Below, piece by piece: positions 10,433 to 20,171 of a DNA stretch of 43,580 bases. The DNA is from an uncultured Pseudomonadaceae bacterium (GTDB lineage Bacteria > Pseudomonadota > Gammaproteobacteria > Enterobacterales > Permianibacteraceae): NCBI GenBank assembly GCA_964650615.1, contig CAZYUS010000003.1, forward strand, positions 1-43,580, written 5' to 3'. Both the position numbers and the translations under genes were made by a program. The notes under the pieces were generated by a model. It searched no databases and was not told where the DNA came from. It saw only the letters and a list, made by a program, of their open reading frames with translations. Each line of letters starts with the position of its first letter. Within the stretch, counting starts at the first letter, position 1.

Positions 10433-11518
10433 ATGCAAGAAAGCACCAGCGAACTGATTCGCGCGTTGCGAATTTTCCTGATCATCGGCCTCGTGTTTGT
10501 GCACTTTGGTCCGTACCCTGATTCGACGTTAGATCCCAATAGTGGCATCCATAACGCCGAGTACATCGGCGCGTCAGCGCTCAACAGTTTTTTGTTGTAC
10601 GTATTCTTAAGCTCGGTACCAATTTTAAGCGCCATATCGGGGTATTTGTTGTGCTTTAACGGTGCGCCAAAATTATTTCCCGCTTTGCGCAAGCGTGCAT
10701 TGACCATTGTATTGCCAGCATTTTTATGGACCTCATTGTGGCTATTGCTGGCATTTGTGTTGTACCGAATTGGACAAGCCAGCGGACAATTTACCTATTA
10801 CGATTACGGCTTTAACAATTTTAACTGGCTTACTTTTTTAAACGGCACGATTGGTGTTACCGAAGAGCCGTTCGCCATTCAATTCTGGTTCGTTCACGAT
10901 TTAGTGTTATCGATTGCCGTGTCACCGGCGGTGTACTGGCTCGTTAAACGCGTACCGGCTGTTTATTTTATTGCGATTGCGGCTGCGTGGTTGGCGGGCA
11001 TCAAACCACCGGTGTTTTTCCAATTAAAAGTGTTGGCGTTTTTCTCGTTGGGCGTGTTACTTGCGCAAAAATCATGGCAGCCAAAAACCGATATGCCCGC
11101 TGGAATGTGGGTACTCGGTTTGTTTTTATTGCTGGTGATGGGGCGCGTCGTGTTACCGGTTTACTTCGATGGAAAGATGCCATTGGAAACCGCTTATGAA
11201 CTGCTGGTTCGCATCTCCGGTGCCTATGCCATTCTGGCGCTAATGATGAAGATCCGCGTGTGGTTGCCCGCCACTTATCAATGGTTGGTGCGCCATTCGG
11301 GTTATGCTTTTTTTCTGCATTGCGCGCATTTTCCACCGGTGATTATCATCAAACAAATCGTTGGCAAAATCGGATTGGCGGGCGGCGAATTAAAGCTAAT
11401 GGCCTTGCTCGGCGTTACACCGTTACTCACCGTCGCCGTGGTGCTCGCCAGTGCCAAGTTCATGCAACGCTTCACCCCGCGCGTTTATCGTTTTTTTAAT
11501 GGTCAACGCAGTATTTAA
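10433..11518 (+). CDS. Acyltransferase-3 family membrane protein, ExoH (succinyltransferase)-like
   Basis: Multi-TM; LRIFLIIGLVFVH, VPILSAISGYL, FWFVHDL, YAFFLHCAH. Confidence 0.75.
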   Translation: MQESTSELIRALRIFLIIGLVFVHFGPYPDSTLDPNSGIHNAEYIGASALNSFLLYVFLSSVPILSAISGYLLCFNGAPKLFPALRKRALTIVLPAFLWTSLWLLLAFVLYRIGQASGQFTYYDYGFNNFNWLTFLNGTIGVTEEPFAIQFWFVHDLVLSIAVSPAVYWLVKRVPAVYFIAIAAAWLAGIKPPVFFQLKVLAFFSLGVLLAQKSWQPKTDMPAGMWVLGLFLLLVMGRVVLPVYFDGKMPLETAYELLVRISGAYAILALMMKIRVWLPATYQWLVRHSGYAFFLHCAHFPPVIIIKQIVGKIGLAGGELKLMALLGVTPLLTVAVVLASAKFMQRFTPRVYRFFNGQRSI

Positions 11519-11534
11519 ACACAGGACGGTTGCG

Positions 11535-12647
11535 ATGTCGTTTCAATGGACCTTGCTGGATTTTCGCCAACAACGCAACGATGCGCAGGCGGCGCTGCGT
11601 GCGTTAGTGGCCATGGATCCCAGCTTGCCGGCGGCCAATCGTTTCGAATTTATTGATGGACTGGCAAAGCATTTGTTTCGCGATCGGCCGCTTTATATTG
11701 CGGTGGCGCGACACGCTAACAACGTGGTCGCCGCACTGCCGTTGATGCCAACGACACGAAACAAATTCGGTTTTCGTTGGCAAGAATTATCGACACCGTT
11801 TAGTTCGCACGCCGCCCTGTACGCCTTACCGGCACAACACGAAATGCACCTCGAATCCTTGCTGGAGAGTTTGTTGGCAGCAGCGGAAAAGTGGCCGTTG
11901 CCGTGGCAACGTCTCGCCCTGCGTTTAGTGATGGCCCGCCAAACTCACGCCAGTTTGGAATATGCGGGTGATTGCGCGTGGTTTAGCTGGGATGACACGC
12001 GCGAAATCAATAAAATTATTTCGCCAAAATTGCACAAAAACTTGCTGCGGTTACGCAAACGCTTGCAAGAAAAAGTCACGACGGTCGAGTTCAGTGTCAG
12101 CACGCCGGTGTCGTTGCGCTCAAATCTGAGCGATTTTTTTGCGCTGGAACAAGCGGGTTGGCGCGGCAAAAACGCCGACAGCTGTATCGCCGGCACCGCG
12201 CACACCATTGCCTTTTATCTCGACATGATGCAAGCGTTTGCCGATCGCAACGAAGCGCAAGTGTTCACGCTGAAAAGCGCAGATGAAATATTGGCGGCGG
12301 CGATCGGTTTCACGTTTAACGACACCGTGTATTTGCAATCCATTACCTTCGCCGAACATCATGGCGATTGCGCCGTCGGCAGTCAGTTGGTGTTAAGCAT
12401 CTTCGAACACTTTTTGCCAAACCCGTCGATCAACCACTTAAGCTTAACCACGTGTCCAGAGTGGTGTTCGCGTTGGCACCCAACGCGCCATGCGGTGTAT
12501 AACCTCACCGGTTATCGTCGTCACGCGTTCGGCGTGGTGTTGCGCTGGTTAGTTGAGCATTGGCGTGCATTCAAAGAATCCGTCCGCCCGCTGCGCAACC
12601 GCTTACGTGGTGTCGGTTCTGCGCCGCTTCGTAACGAGTCAGCGTGA
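11535..12647 (+). CDS. CelD/BcsL-like tandem GNAT (Acetyltransf_6) protein
   Basis: VVAALPL, KNLLRLRKRL, FFALEQAGWRG, AAAIGF; start ATG 11535 behind AGGA; EPS context. Confidence 0.7.
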   Translation: MSFQWTLLDFRQQRNDAQAALRALVAMDPSLPAANRFEFIDGLAKHLFRDRPLYIAVARHANNVVAALPLMPTTRNKFGFRWQELSTPFSSHAALYALPAQHEMHLESLLESLLAAAEKWPLPWQRLALRLVMARQTHASLEYAGDCAWFSWDDTREINKIISPKLHKNLLRLRKRLQEKVTTVEFSVSTPVSLRSNLSDFFALEQAGWRGKNADSCIAGTAHTIAFYLDMMQAFADRNEAQVFTLKSADEILAAAIGFTFNDTVYLQSITFAEHHGDCAVGSQLVLSIFEHFLPNPSINHLSLTTCPEWCSRWHPTRHAVYNLTGYRRHAFGVVLRWLVEHWRAFKESVRPLRNRLRGVGSAPLRNESA

Positions 12648-12693
12648 TATGATATCCATCGTTTTTTTCTCTCACCTAAGTCAAGGATGACGC

Positions 12694-14118
12694 GTGGCTT
12701 CGATACGCCTTTTCCATAATTATCTGCGCATACCGTATCTCGTTTTGAGTTTGATCGAGGCATTGCTGTTCTATTTTTCGGTATTTTGTGCCGTCTATAT
12801 TCGTTTTTATTGGCGCGATTATAACGATGAGGATGTCGGCGCTTATTTTGGCAACGTGCACGCGTTAGCGACCATATTCACCGTGGTGATGATCGTCGCC
12901 ATGATCGCGATGGGGCAGTATCAAAGCTCGCAATACAATAAAGAACATAACTTTTCGAATAATTTATTGCGCACGGCGGTCGCATTGTTGTTGGGCTCGT
13001 TCGCGCTTATCACCTTGTATTATTTTTTTCCCAAACTGTATATGGGACGCGGCGTCTCGGCGATCGCGGTAAATTTGTCTTTATTTTTTAGCGTGGTGGT
13101 GCGCGAAATTTTTGTGCGCACCGTCGATAGCCGCGTACTAAAACGGCGCGTGCTGGTGTTCGGTAGCGGTCGTCGCGCTGCCATGTTGGCCAGCGAAATG
13201 GGCGGCATGGATGTCGGCTTGAGTTACGAGATCGTGGCCTATATTCCGGTCGAAGGTGAAGACACCGTCGTGCGCAGCAATCGCGTGGTCGCGCTCAATT
13301 CCCGCTTACTGGATTTTGCCCTGACGCACGAAATTGAAGAGATCGTGGTGGCGCTCGATGATCGCCGCAACCGCCTGCCGATGGAGGAATTGATCAGTTG
13401 CCGCTTGGCCGGCATTCTGGTGATCACACCGGCGACGTTTTTAGAGCGCGAGCAGGATAAAATCAGCCTCGATATGTTAAGTCCGGATTGGGTTATTTTT
13501 TCATCCGGATTTCATCACAACACCATGCATCTTTTTTTACAGCGCAGCTTCGATGTGGTGTCGAGTTTGATCATTTTATTGTTGATGTTACCGCTGATGT
13601 CGGTCACCGCATTTCTCATCGCCGCCGAATCAAATTTCAAGGCGCCGGTTTTTTATCGCCAGAAACGTGTCGGACTCGGCGGTCGCACCTTCGAATTATT
13701 GAAATTCCGCAGTATGCGCGTCGACGCCGAAGCCAATGGTCAAGCGGTGTGGGCCAAACAGAATGACAATCGTATCACGCGCGTCGGTCATTTCATTCGC
13801 CAAACCCGCATTGATGAGCTGCCACAAATTATCAATATTCTAAAAGGTGATATGCGCTTAGTAGGGCCGCGTCCCGAACGTCCCGAATTTGTTGAAGGAT
13901 TGTCAAAACGCATTCCGTATTACAGCCAACGTCATACCGTTAAACCCGGTCTTGCCGGTTGGGCGCAATTAAAATATCCCTATGGCGCAACCGAAAAAGA
14001 TGCGCGCGAAAAACTACGCTTTGATATGTATTACGTGAAGAATCACAACATCGTCATGGATATTTTTATTTTGATCCAAACGGTCGAGATCGTGGTTTTT
14101 GGCAAAGGCGCTCGCTAG
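12694..14118 (+). CDS. Priming polyprenyl-phosphate sugar transferase, TIGR03013-like (XrtA/PEP-CTERM-associated)
   Basis: N-terminal TMs, RRVLVFGSG, PVFYRQKRVG, KFRSM, RIDELPQ, VGPRPERP, KPGLAGWAQ, ends FGKGAR; GTG start. Confidence 0.92.
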   Translation: MASIRLFHNYLRIPYLVLSLIEALLFYFSVFCAVYIRFYWRDYNDEDVGAYFGNVHALATIFTVVMIVAMIAMGQYQSSQYNKEHNFSNNLLRTAVALLLGSFALITLYYFFPKLYMGRGVSAIAVNLSLFFSVVVREIFVRTVDSRVLKRRVLVFGSGRRAAMLASEMGGMDVGLSYEIVAYIPVEGEDTVVRSNRVVALNSRLLDFALTHEIEEIVVALDDRRNRLPMEELISCRLAGILVITPATFLEREQDKISLDMLSPDWVIFSSGFHHNTMHLFLQRSFDVVSSLIILLLMLPLMSVTAFLIAAESNFKAPVFYRQKRVGLGGRTFELLKFRSMRVDAEANGQAVWAKQNDNRITRVGHFIRQTRIDELPQIINILKGDMRLVGPRPERPEFVEGLSKRIPYYSQRHTVKPGLAGWAQLKYPYGATEKDAREKLRFDMYYVKNHNIVMDIFILIQTVEIVVFGKGAR

Positions 14119-14135
14119 ATCTTGAATCCGACCTG

Positions 14136-14858
14136 ATGTTGACCTTCAAAGATTTTTTGCAAATGCCCATCACATGGCTGCTGGTGTGCGTCCTCGTTGT
14201 GGTGGTGGCGCGTTGGAAACGGTGGCGGTTGACCCAAACGCTTGCTGCCACGGGTTTGGTGTTTTGGTATCTCAGCATCACGCCATTGGGGGCCAGCGCG
14301 TGGCTGCATAGTTTGACTTGGGTGCAACTGGCTCCACCGCCTGATTGTGCGCCCACGACTGCGCCACGGGATTTCGTGATCTTGCCAGGCGGATTGGATT
14401 GGTGGACCACCCCGAACGTCGTGGTGCTGTCCGATTGGTCCAAAGATCGGGCCGACACCGCGCTTGCGCAACTGCACGCCAACGATCGCGTGCTGATCCC
14501 CGGTAGCGACCCGGGACAATGGTGGAAAGAAGCCGATGTGTTGCAGCGCTATTTGTTGCAGCATCATGTCGATGCCAAGCACCTCTCCATTGGTCCGCCA
14601 TCGTCCACCACCTATGAAAACCTGCAACAACTGCGCCCGCAACTGCGTCAGCGGCCGGTCATATTGGTGACCTCGTTCTGGCATATGCCGCGCGCGCAAC
14701 GTGCCGCCAACCATCTGAATATAACGGTCTGTCCGCTGAATACGAAGGAGCAGTGGCAATTCAATGTGCTGCCAGCGTTCGCTGCGCATTGGTCCAGCAA
14801 AGCCGCGATCCACGAATGGTTAGGTTTGATGTGGTACGCCATGAGCAATCGCAATTAA
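14136..14858 (+). CDS. YdcF/ElyC-like (DUF218) protein
   Basis: N-terminal TMs, VILPGG, EADV, STTYEN, LVTSFWHMPRA, HEWLG. Confidence 0.85.
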   Translation: MLTFKDFLQMPITWLLVCVLVVVVARWKRWRLTQTLAATGLVFWYLSITPLGASAWLHSLTWVQLAPPPDCAPTTAPRDFVILPGGLDWWTTPNVVVLSDWSKDRADTALAQLHANDRVLIPGSDPGQWWKEADVLQRYLLQHHVDAKHLSIGPPSSTTYENLQQLRPQLRQRPVILVTSFWHMPRAQRAANHLNITVCPLNTKEQWQFNVLPAFAAHWSSKAAIHEWLGLMWYAMSNRN

Positions 14859-15130
14859 AACGTCCTGACCGCGCGCGTCCTGCTCAGTTAATTCGCGCAT
14901 CAACAATAGTCAATGTCGCACAAAGATTGCTCCTTGCCGCGCTTGTTCTCACCTTCGAAGCCGGTACAATTCGCGCCAACCATTCGCTGCCATCCGGCCA
15001 AGAAAGCCGGTTTTTGAGCGTCTGTATCGTTGTCACGTCTTGTTCAATGCGATGTAAAATGCCCGACATCATTATCGCGTTGAATGCACTGTAATGAAGC
15101 ACGTCAAGGTGCTTCACAGGGAGAATTCGG

Positions 15131-15763
15131 ATGAAGGATCTTTTGCGCGCGATTGTCGTTATTTTGTGCCTTTGGTGGATCAATGGTTGCGCGTCCCCGG
15201 TTAAACCACAAAATGTCTCCGTGGCCGCTGTCACAGAAACCTACTACGCCGCTGTACCGACCTATCGCATCGGTGCCGACGACTCACTTAGCATCAACGT
15301 ATGGCAAAACCCCGCTCTGTCAGTGGATGTCCCAGTGCGTCCCGATGGCAAGATCTCGGTACCGTTAATTGGTGATATCGTCGCCGGTGGCAAAACACCG
15401 ATGGAAGTCGCCACCACCATACGCGAAAAATTGTCGGTGTTTATCCGCGAACCGCAAGTCACCGTGATCCTAACGGAACTGCGTAGCCACGAGTTTTTAT
15501 CGCGCGTTCGCGTCACGGGTGCCGTGCAAAAACCGGTGTCGCTGCCTTTCCGTCAAGGCATGACGGTGTTGGATGCAGTGCTGGAAGCGGGCGGCACCAA
15601 TTTATTTGCCGCACCCGATCGCGCCGCGTTATATCGCAAAACCAACGAAAAAACCGATCGCTACGATGTGCTGCTCGATCAGATCCTCACCGCTGGCAAA
15701 CTTGACACGAATTATCCCTTGCAACCCGGTGACATCATTACCGTTCCGGAACGAGTGTTCTAA
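15131..15763 (+). CDS. Short Wza-like polysaccharide export lipoprotein (XrtA-system type)
   Basis: Lipobox-like INGC; YRIGADD, VRPDGKISVPLIGD, SLBB domain, LQPGDIITVPERVF. Confidence 0.9.
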   Translation: MKDLLRAIVVILCLWWINGCASPVKPQNVSVAAVTETYYAAVPTYRIGADDSLSINVWQNPALSVDVPVRPDGKISVPLIGDIVAGGKTPMEVATTIREKLSVFIREPQVTVILTELRSHEFLSRVRVTGAVQKPVSLPFRQGMTVLDAVLEAGGTNLFAAPDRAALYRKTNEKTDRYDVLLDQILTAGKLDTNYPLQPGDIITVPERVF

Positions 15764-15766
15764 AAC

Positions 15767-17278
15767 ATGAATAGCGCGCAAACCAATCCGGCCGAAATGT
15801 TGGCGGCCCTCTTACCCGAACTGTGGTATCGCCGTCGTCTTGTGATCACGCTGTTTATCATTGTCGCGTTGGCCATATTAACGGCCGGCTGGTTTTGGCC
15901 CAAAGTGTACGTGTCGTCAGCCAAAGTTCGCATCGACAACCAAAATATCTTGAAACCCTTGATGGAAGGTACGGCCGTTGCCACGGCGGTTGAAAGTTAT
16001 ACCGAACACGCACGCCAAACGATTCAGAGTCAGGCGTCCAAGCAAAAATTGCTGAACTTGTTAGAAAACGAAGTGGTGGGCATGAACGAAGCGGAAAAAG
16101 ATCGCTTCTGGGAAAAAGTGCTGACCAAATTGACGGTATTCGGGCAGGGCAAAGACTTAATCCAGTTTGATTACAGCGCCGATACGCCAGAACGCGCGAA
16201 ACGTTTGGCGGGTTTTTTCACTGAAATTTACATTAGCGGCAGTATCGCAACCAAGAAAAAAGAGAGCGAATCCGCTTTCGATTTTATTTCGCAGCAAGCG
16301 GAAGAGTACCATCAGAAATTGCGCAATTCCGAAGAAGCGTTAAAACAATTTCGTTCGGCGAATTTAGATTCATCGCCAGATAGCGAACGCACCGTTAGCG
16401 AGCGTATTATCGAATTGCAGCGTCGTATCGAACAAACCAATTTGGAACAGCGCGAAAACAAAAGCCAGCTGCAAAATATCACCGATCAATTATCCGGTGT
16501 CACGTCGTCATCATCACAGTTGGCCGAAGAATCCAGCATCGACAACCGTATCACGGTACTACAAGGTGAGCTGGATAAACTGCGCATGACGTATCATGAC
16601 ACCTATCCGGATATCGTCATTTTGCAAGATCAGATTGATGGTCTTGAAAAACAAAAAGAATCGGTGCGCAATCGTCGCACGGTCACCCGCGTCAGTGGCA
16701 ATAATGCCTTATCGGTCGAGCTGCGCAGTTTGTACTCCAAATACACAGCACAGGACATGGTGCTGCAAGCGCGCTTGAAAGAAACCGAAAACTTGCTCGA
16801 AAAAGAAAAACAACGTGCGCGGTTAATCAACGAATACCAAGCGAATCTCGCGCAGTTGACCCGCGATTACGAAGTGAACCGCGATATTTATCAAAAACTG
16901 TTACGCCAGCGTGAAAGCGCGCGCGTGTCGATGAATATTGATCAAGCCAATCAAGGTCTGACGCTAAAAATTCAGGAAGCTGCAACACTCCCTATTCGTC
17001 CGGTCGGTGTTCGCTTCATTCACTTTGTTGTGGCCGGTGTTATCGCGTCATTGTTGGTTCCCGTGGCCATTGTTTTTGCGCTGATGATGGTTGATGGTCG
17101 CATTCGTTCACCCAACGTGTTACGCGAAATGACGTCGATGCCGGTCTTGGGTTCGATGCCCACCTATGTGAACGGTACCGAGCGCAAAATGCAACAGCAA
17201 TGGATGTGGAAAGTATCGGCGGCGGTAATGTTGGTGATTTCGATTTACATCGTTGCCGGCTTATCCCGGTTCCAATAG
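15767..17278 (+). CDS. Polysaccharide chain-length determinant (Wzc N-terminal half, XrtA-system type)
   Basis: N-terminal TM, WPKVYVSSA, long coiled coil, YHDTYPDI, LTRDYEV, TM, PVLG, extra C-terminal TM. Confidence 0.9.
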   Translation: MNSAQTNPAEMLAALLPELWYRRRLVITLFIIVALAILTAGWFWPKVYVSSAKVRIDNQNILKPLMEGTAVATAVESYTEHARQTIQSQASKQKLLNLLENEVVGMNEAEKDRFWEKVLTKLTVFGQGKDLIQFDYSADTPERAKRLAGFFTEIYISGSIATKKKESESAFDFISQQAEEYHQKLRNSEEALKQFRSANLDSSPDSERTVSERIIELQRRIEQTNLEQRENKSQLQNITDQLSGVTSSSSQLAEESSIDNRITVLQGELDKLRMTYHDTYPDIVILQDQIDGLEKQKESVRNRRTVTRVSGNNALSVELRSLYSKYTAQDMVLQARLKETENLLEKEKQRARLINEYQANLAQLTRDYEVNRDIYQKLLRQRESARVSMNIDQANQGLTLKIQEAATLPIRPVGVRFIHFVVAGVIASLLVPVAIVFALMMVDGRIRSPNVLREMTSMPVLGSMPTYVNGTERKMQQQWMWKVSAAVMLVISIYIVAGLSRFQ

Positions 17279-17288
17279 AGGTGATGTG

Positions 17289-18089
17289 ATGGACATGATT
17301 GAAGTTGCCATGAACAAAGCGGAGCAACGTGATAACACGACGACGCCTTCCACCGCCTCGCCCACCAAAACCGTGGTGGAATTTGATCGCGGCCAAATTG
17401 GAATTGATGGTGCAGATATTCGTCGCATGGAAGAACCGCGCAGCTTAAGCATCGTGCAATTGGAAGAACGCAAAATTATCCACCAAGCGTCGGCGCAAAA
17501 CGGTTTGGTGCATAAGTTCCGTGATATCCGTACCGCTTTACTCAAAAAACAGCGCGGCAATATCGTGTTGGTTACCTCGTTTATTCCACAAGCTGGCACC
17601 AGTTTTTTTGCCCGCAACCTGGCATCGGTAATCGCGTTCGAATCGACACGAACGGCTCTGTTAGTGGACTGCAATACCGAGCGCCCGAATGTGGGTAAGA
17701 CGTTCGATTTACACGAGCAAGTGGGACTGACCGATTATTTGGAACGTGATGATGTGCAAATCGAAGACATTATTCATCCGGTCGGCGTCAAACGATTACG
17801 CTGTTTACCGCTGGGGAAATTGCACACCTTATCGAGCGAACATTTCACCCATCCGAAATTTCGTTCGTGTTTACTTAAACTAAAAGAACGTTATCACGAT
17901 CGCCACATTATTCTCGACGGACCACCGCTGCTCAGTTCTTCCGACGCTGGTGTATTGCTCGACGTATGCGATCAAGTCATTGTGGTACTGCCTTTTGGCA
18001 AAGTGGATCAAGCCATGCTCACAACGTTGAGCAAACTGGTTGATAAGGAAAAGTTAGCCGGCGTGGTTTATAACGAGTACGTTGAGTAA
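17289..18089 (+). CDS. CpsD/CapB-family BY-kinase-like protein with degenerate Walker A
   Basis: FRDIRT, VLVTSFIPQAGTS, ALLVDCN, GLTDYL, IILDGPP; start ATG 17289 behind GAGGTG. Confidence 0.82.
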   Translation: MDMIEVAMNKAEQRDNTTTPSTASPTKTVVEFDRGQIGIDGADIRRMEEPRSLSIVQLEERKIIHQASAQNGLVHKFRDIRTALLKKQRGNIVLVTSFIPQAGTSFFARNLASVIAFESTRTALLVDCNTERPNVGKTFDLHEQVGLTDYLERDDVQIEDIIHPVGVKRLRCLPLGKLHTLSSEHFTHPKFRSCLLKLKERYHDRHIILDGPPLLSSSDAGVLLDVCDQVIVVLPFGKVDQAMLTTLSKLVDKEKLAGVVYNEYVE

Positions 18090-19318
18090 TGCAAAAAACG
18101 TCTTTTTGCCTGCGTGGATTGTTGGGCTTTTTTTTTTCGGCTTTGTGTCACGCTAATATCAATGGCAACGGCAGCGCCTCGGTCGGCGTCAGTGCCGATA
18201 ACGAAGAATTTGGTGCCGGACTTCGTGCCGATTATTTGCTGAACAGCGAATTTTTTCGTCAGCAATTCGACTGGAGTTTTCACGCCGAGCGCAACAGCAA
18301 CACGGATCGCCCAACTCCCATCACCGGCCACTATTATGAATTTGAGCGTTCATATTATGTGACGTCGATGAATCATCGACTCGATTTCAGTAATCCCTTC
18401 ATTCACTGGACCACCGACGCACGGGTGCGACGCTTGTCCACCGATGGCACAACCGAACCCACCACCAGCTGGGGCGTTGGCACCGGTCCAACTTATGAGC
18501 GTTGGCTGCGGCCCGACATCAATGTTCGCGCAAGTGCGTTTTTTGCTCGCGATCTCATTAATGATCGTTTCAGTAAAACGGTATCCAGCGGCTTGAGTCT
18601 TGGTAAACGTCTTACCGGACGCACGCAATTGGATATCGGATTTAACCGCAACTGCACGCGCTTTGAAGACGATCTGTTCCCGAACGAATGCGAGCGTGAA
18701 GCGGGAATACAAATTCAAGGCGATTATTACGATCTCGATTACGCAATTCGACGTGGTTGGTCTCTTTACGCCGATGAAACCATACCGGTTTATGACCTCA
18801 GCCTAACCTATCACTTTAATCAATCCAGCACGTTCATCCTCGATTACACCAATCGTCGCTTGCGCAACCAAACCGATATTGCGCCTGACATTGATGCGCC
18901 GCTGGTCACCGGAACTTATGTGATCAATCGTTCGTTCAGTTATCACTTTGACTATGGACGAAATAAAGCCCAGATCGAATTTATCGACGTGCGACAAGAT
19001 GAAAACGCGCCGACATCAACGACCACATCTGAGCCGTTTTATCAAAAAAGTGGCATCGCTTTTTACAGCTACCGGCTTGAGTCACCGCGCTGTATGTCGT
19101 GTACCGTGTTGACCGAGTACGAATATTCCAAAGACTCCATTCGCGCTAATTGGCGCGCCGCAACCCTAGGGATGGAAGTGCCGCTGCTGGGGCGCTGGTC
19201 TTATGAATTCAATGTCAAACGCACCGCTCATGACGATTTGCCCACCATGAACAGTATCAATCTTTTGTTGCACTTCAACGGTCGCAGTGCTGAACGTCAA
19301 TCGCGTTTACAACGGTGA
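18089..19318 (+). CDS. Putative outer-membrane beta-barrel protein of the EPS export module
   Basis: Signal peptide ending ALCHA; aromatic-rich amphipathic strands; TAATG-coupled to the kinase gene. Confidence 0.65.
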   Translation: MQKTSFCLRGLLGFFFSALCHANINGNGSASVGVSADNEEFGAGLRADYLLNSEFFRQQFDWSFHAERNSNTDRPTPITGHYYEFERSYYVTSMNHRLDFSNPFIHWTTDARVRRLSTDGTTEPTTSWGVGTGPTYERWLRPDINVRASAFFARDLINDRFSKTVSSGLSLGKRLTGRTQLDIGFNRNCTRFEDDLFPNECEREAGIQIQGDYYDLDYAIRRGWSLYADETIPVYDLSLTYHFNQSSTFILDYTNRRLRNQTDIAPDIDAPLVTGTYVINRSFSYHFDYGRNKAQIEFIDVRQDENAPTSTTTSEPFYQKSGIAFYSYRLESPRCMSCTVLTEYEYSKDSIRANWRAATLGMEVPLLGRWSYEFNVKRTAHDDLPTMNSINLLLHFNGRSAERQSRLQR

Positions 19319-19419
19319 TCGGTTTAACCAATAAAACAATGCTTTTTTAATCTTCCGATTGCGAATAGTCATCAACGTTTATCACGCGATTTTGCAACCA
19401 TCAAACAGGCTTTGCAGGC

Positions 19420-20166
19420 ATGATGTTCAACACAACCGTTTTAATGTTTCACGCTGTCGGTGAATTAACCCCAGATGATTGGGCCGATCGTCCTTACGCC
19501 TGCACGCAATCCAATTTCGAACAAATGGTGAAGCGTACCGGCGGCTTCGACAGCATTGAACATTCGCTCGAACAGCCACCATTGTCGCGTCCGATTCTCA
19601 CCTTTGATGACGGCCATATCAGCAATTACCGCACTGGATTATGGCTATCCGAGCATCAGTGTCGCGCCGATTTTTTTATCAATCCGGCGCATATTGGCAG
19701 CGCGTACTATATGAACTGGTCACAGATCCGCGAATTAAAAAATGCTGGACATAGTATTCAATCGCACGGACTCGACCATCGCTTTTTATCAGAATGCGAC
19801 GACATCGAATTACATCGACAATTACACGAAAGCAAACACCGCATCGAAGCTGAAATTGATGCACGCGTGAGTTTACTGGCCCCTCCGGGCGGTCGTTATG
19901 ACTCGCGCTGCGTGACCACGGCGCGCGCTATCGGGTATCGCGCGATCGCGTGTTCAGCCCCCGGAAAGTGGCGTTCGCTTGATGATTTTTTAATCCCGCG
20001 TGTTCCGGTAATGCACACCATGAGCGTTGAAGCGCTGTTACAAGTGATGCAAGAAAACAGCCCGCTGTTGCGAAAATTGAAAACCAAGTATTTCATTACC
20101 GGTTGCGCCAAAAAATTATTGGGCGACAGTCGCTACGACCGCCTGCGCAACCGCATTATGAGTTAA
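19420..20166 (+). CDS. Polysaccharide deacetylase (CE4/NodB)
   Basis: LTFDDG, SHGLDH, APPGG, PRV. Confidence 0.88.
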   Translation: MMFNTTVLMFHAVGELTPDDWADRPYACTQSNFEQMVKRTGGFDSIEHSLEQPPLSRPILTFDDGHISNYRTGLWLSEHQCRADFFINPAHIGSAYYMNWSQIRELKNAGHSIQSHGLDHRFLSECDDIELHRQLHESKHRIEAEIDARVSLLAPPGGRYDSRCVTTARAIGYRAIACSAPGKWRSLDDFLIPRVPVMHTMSVEALLQVMQENSPLLRKLKTKYFITGCAKKLLGDSRYDRLRNRIMS

Positions 20167-20171
20167 CCATC

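Noticed and set aside
14115-14813. 232-aa antisense ORF
   Set aside because: Shadow of the YdcF gene; no motifs
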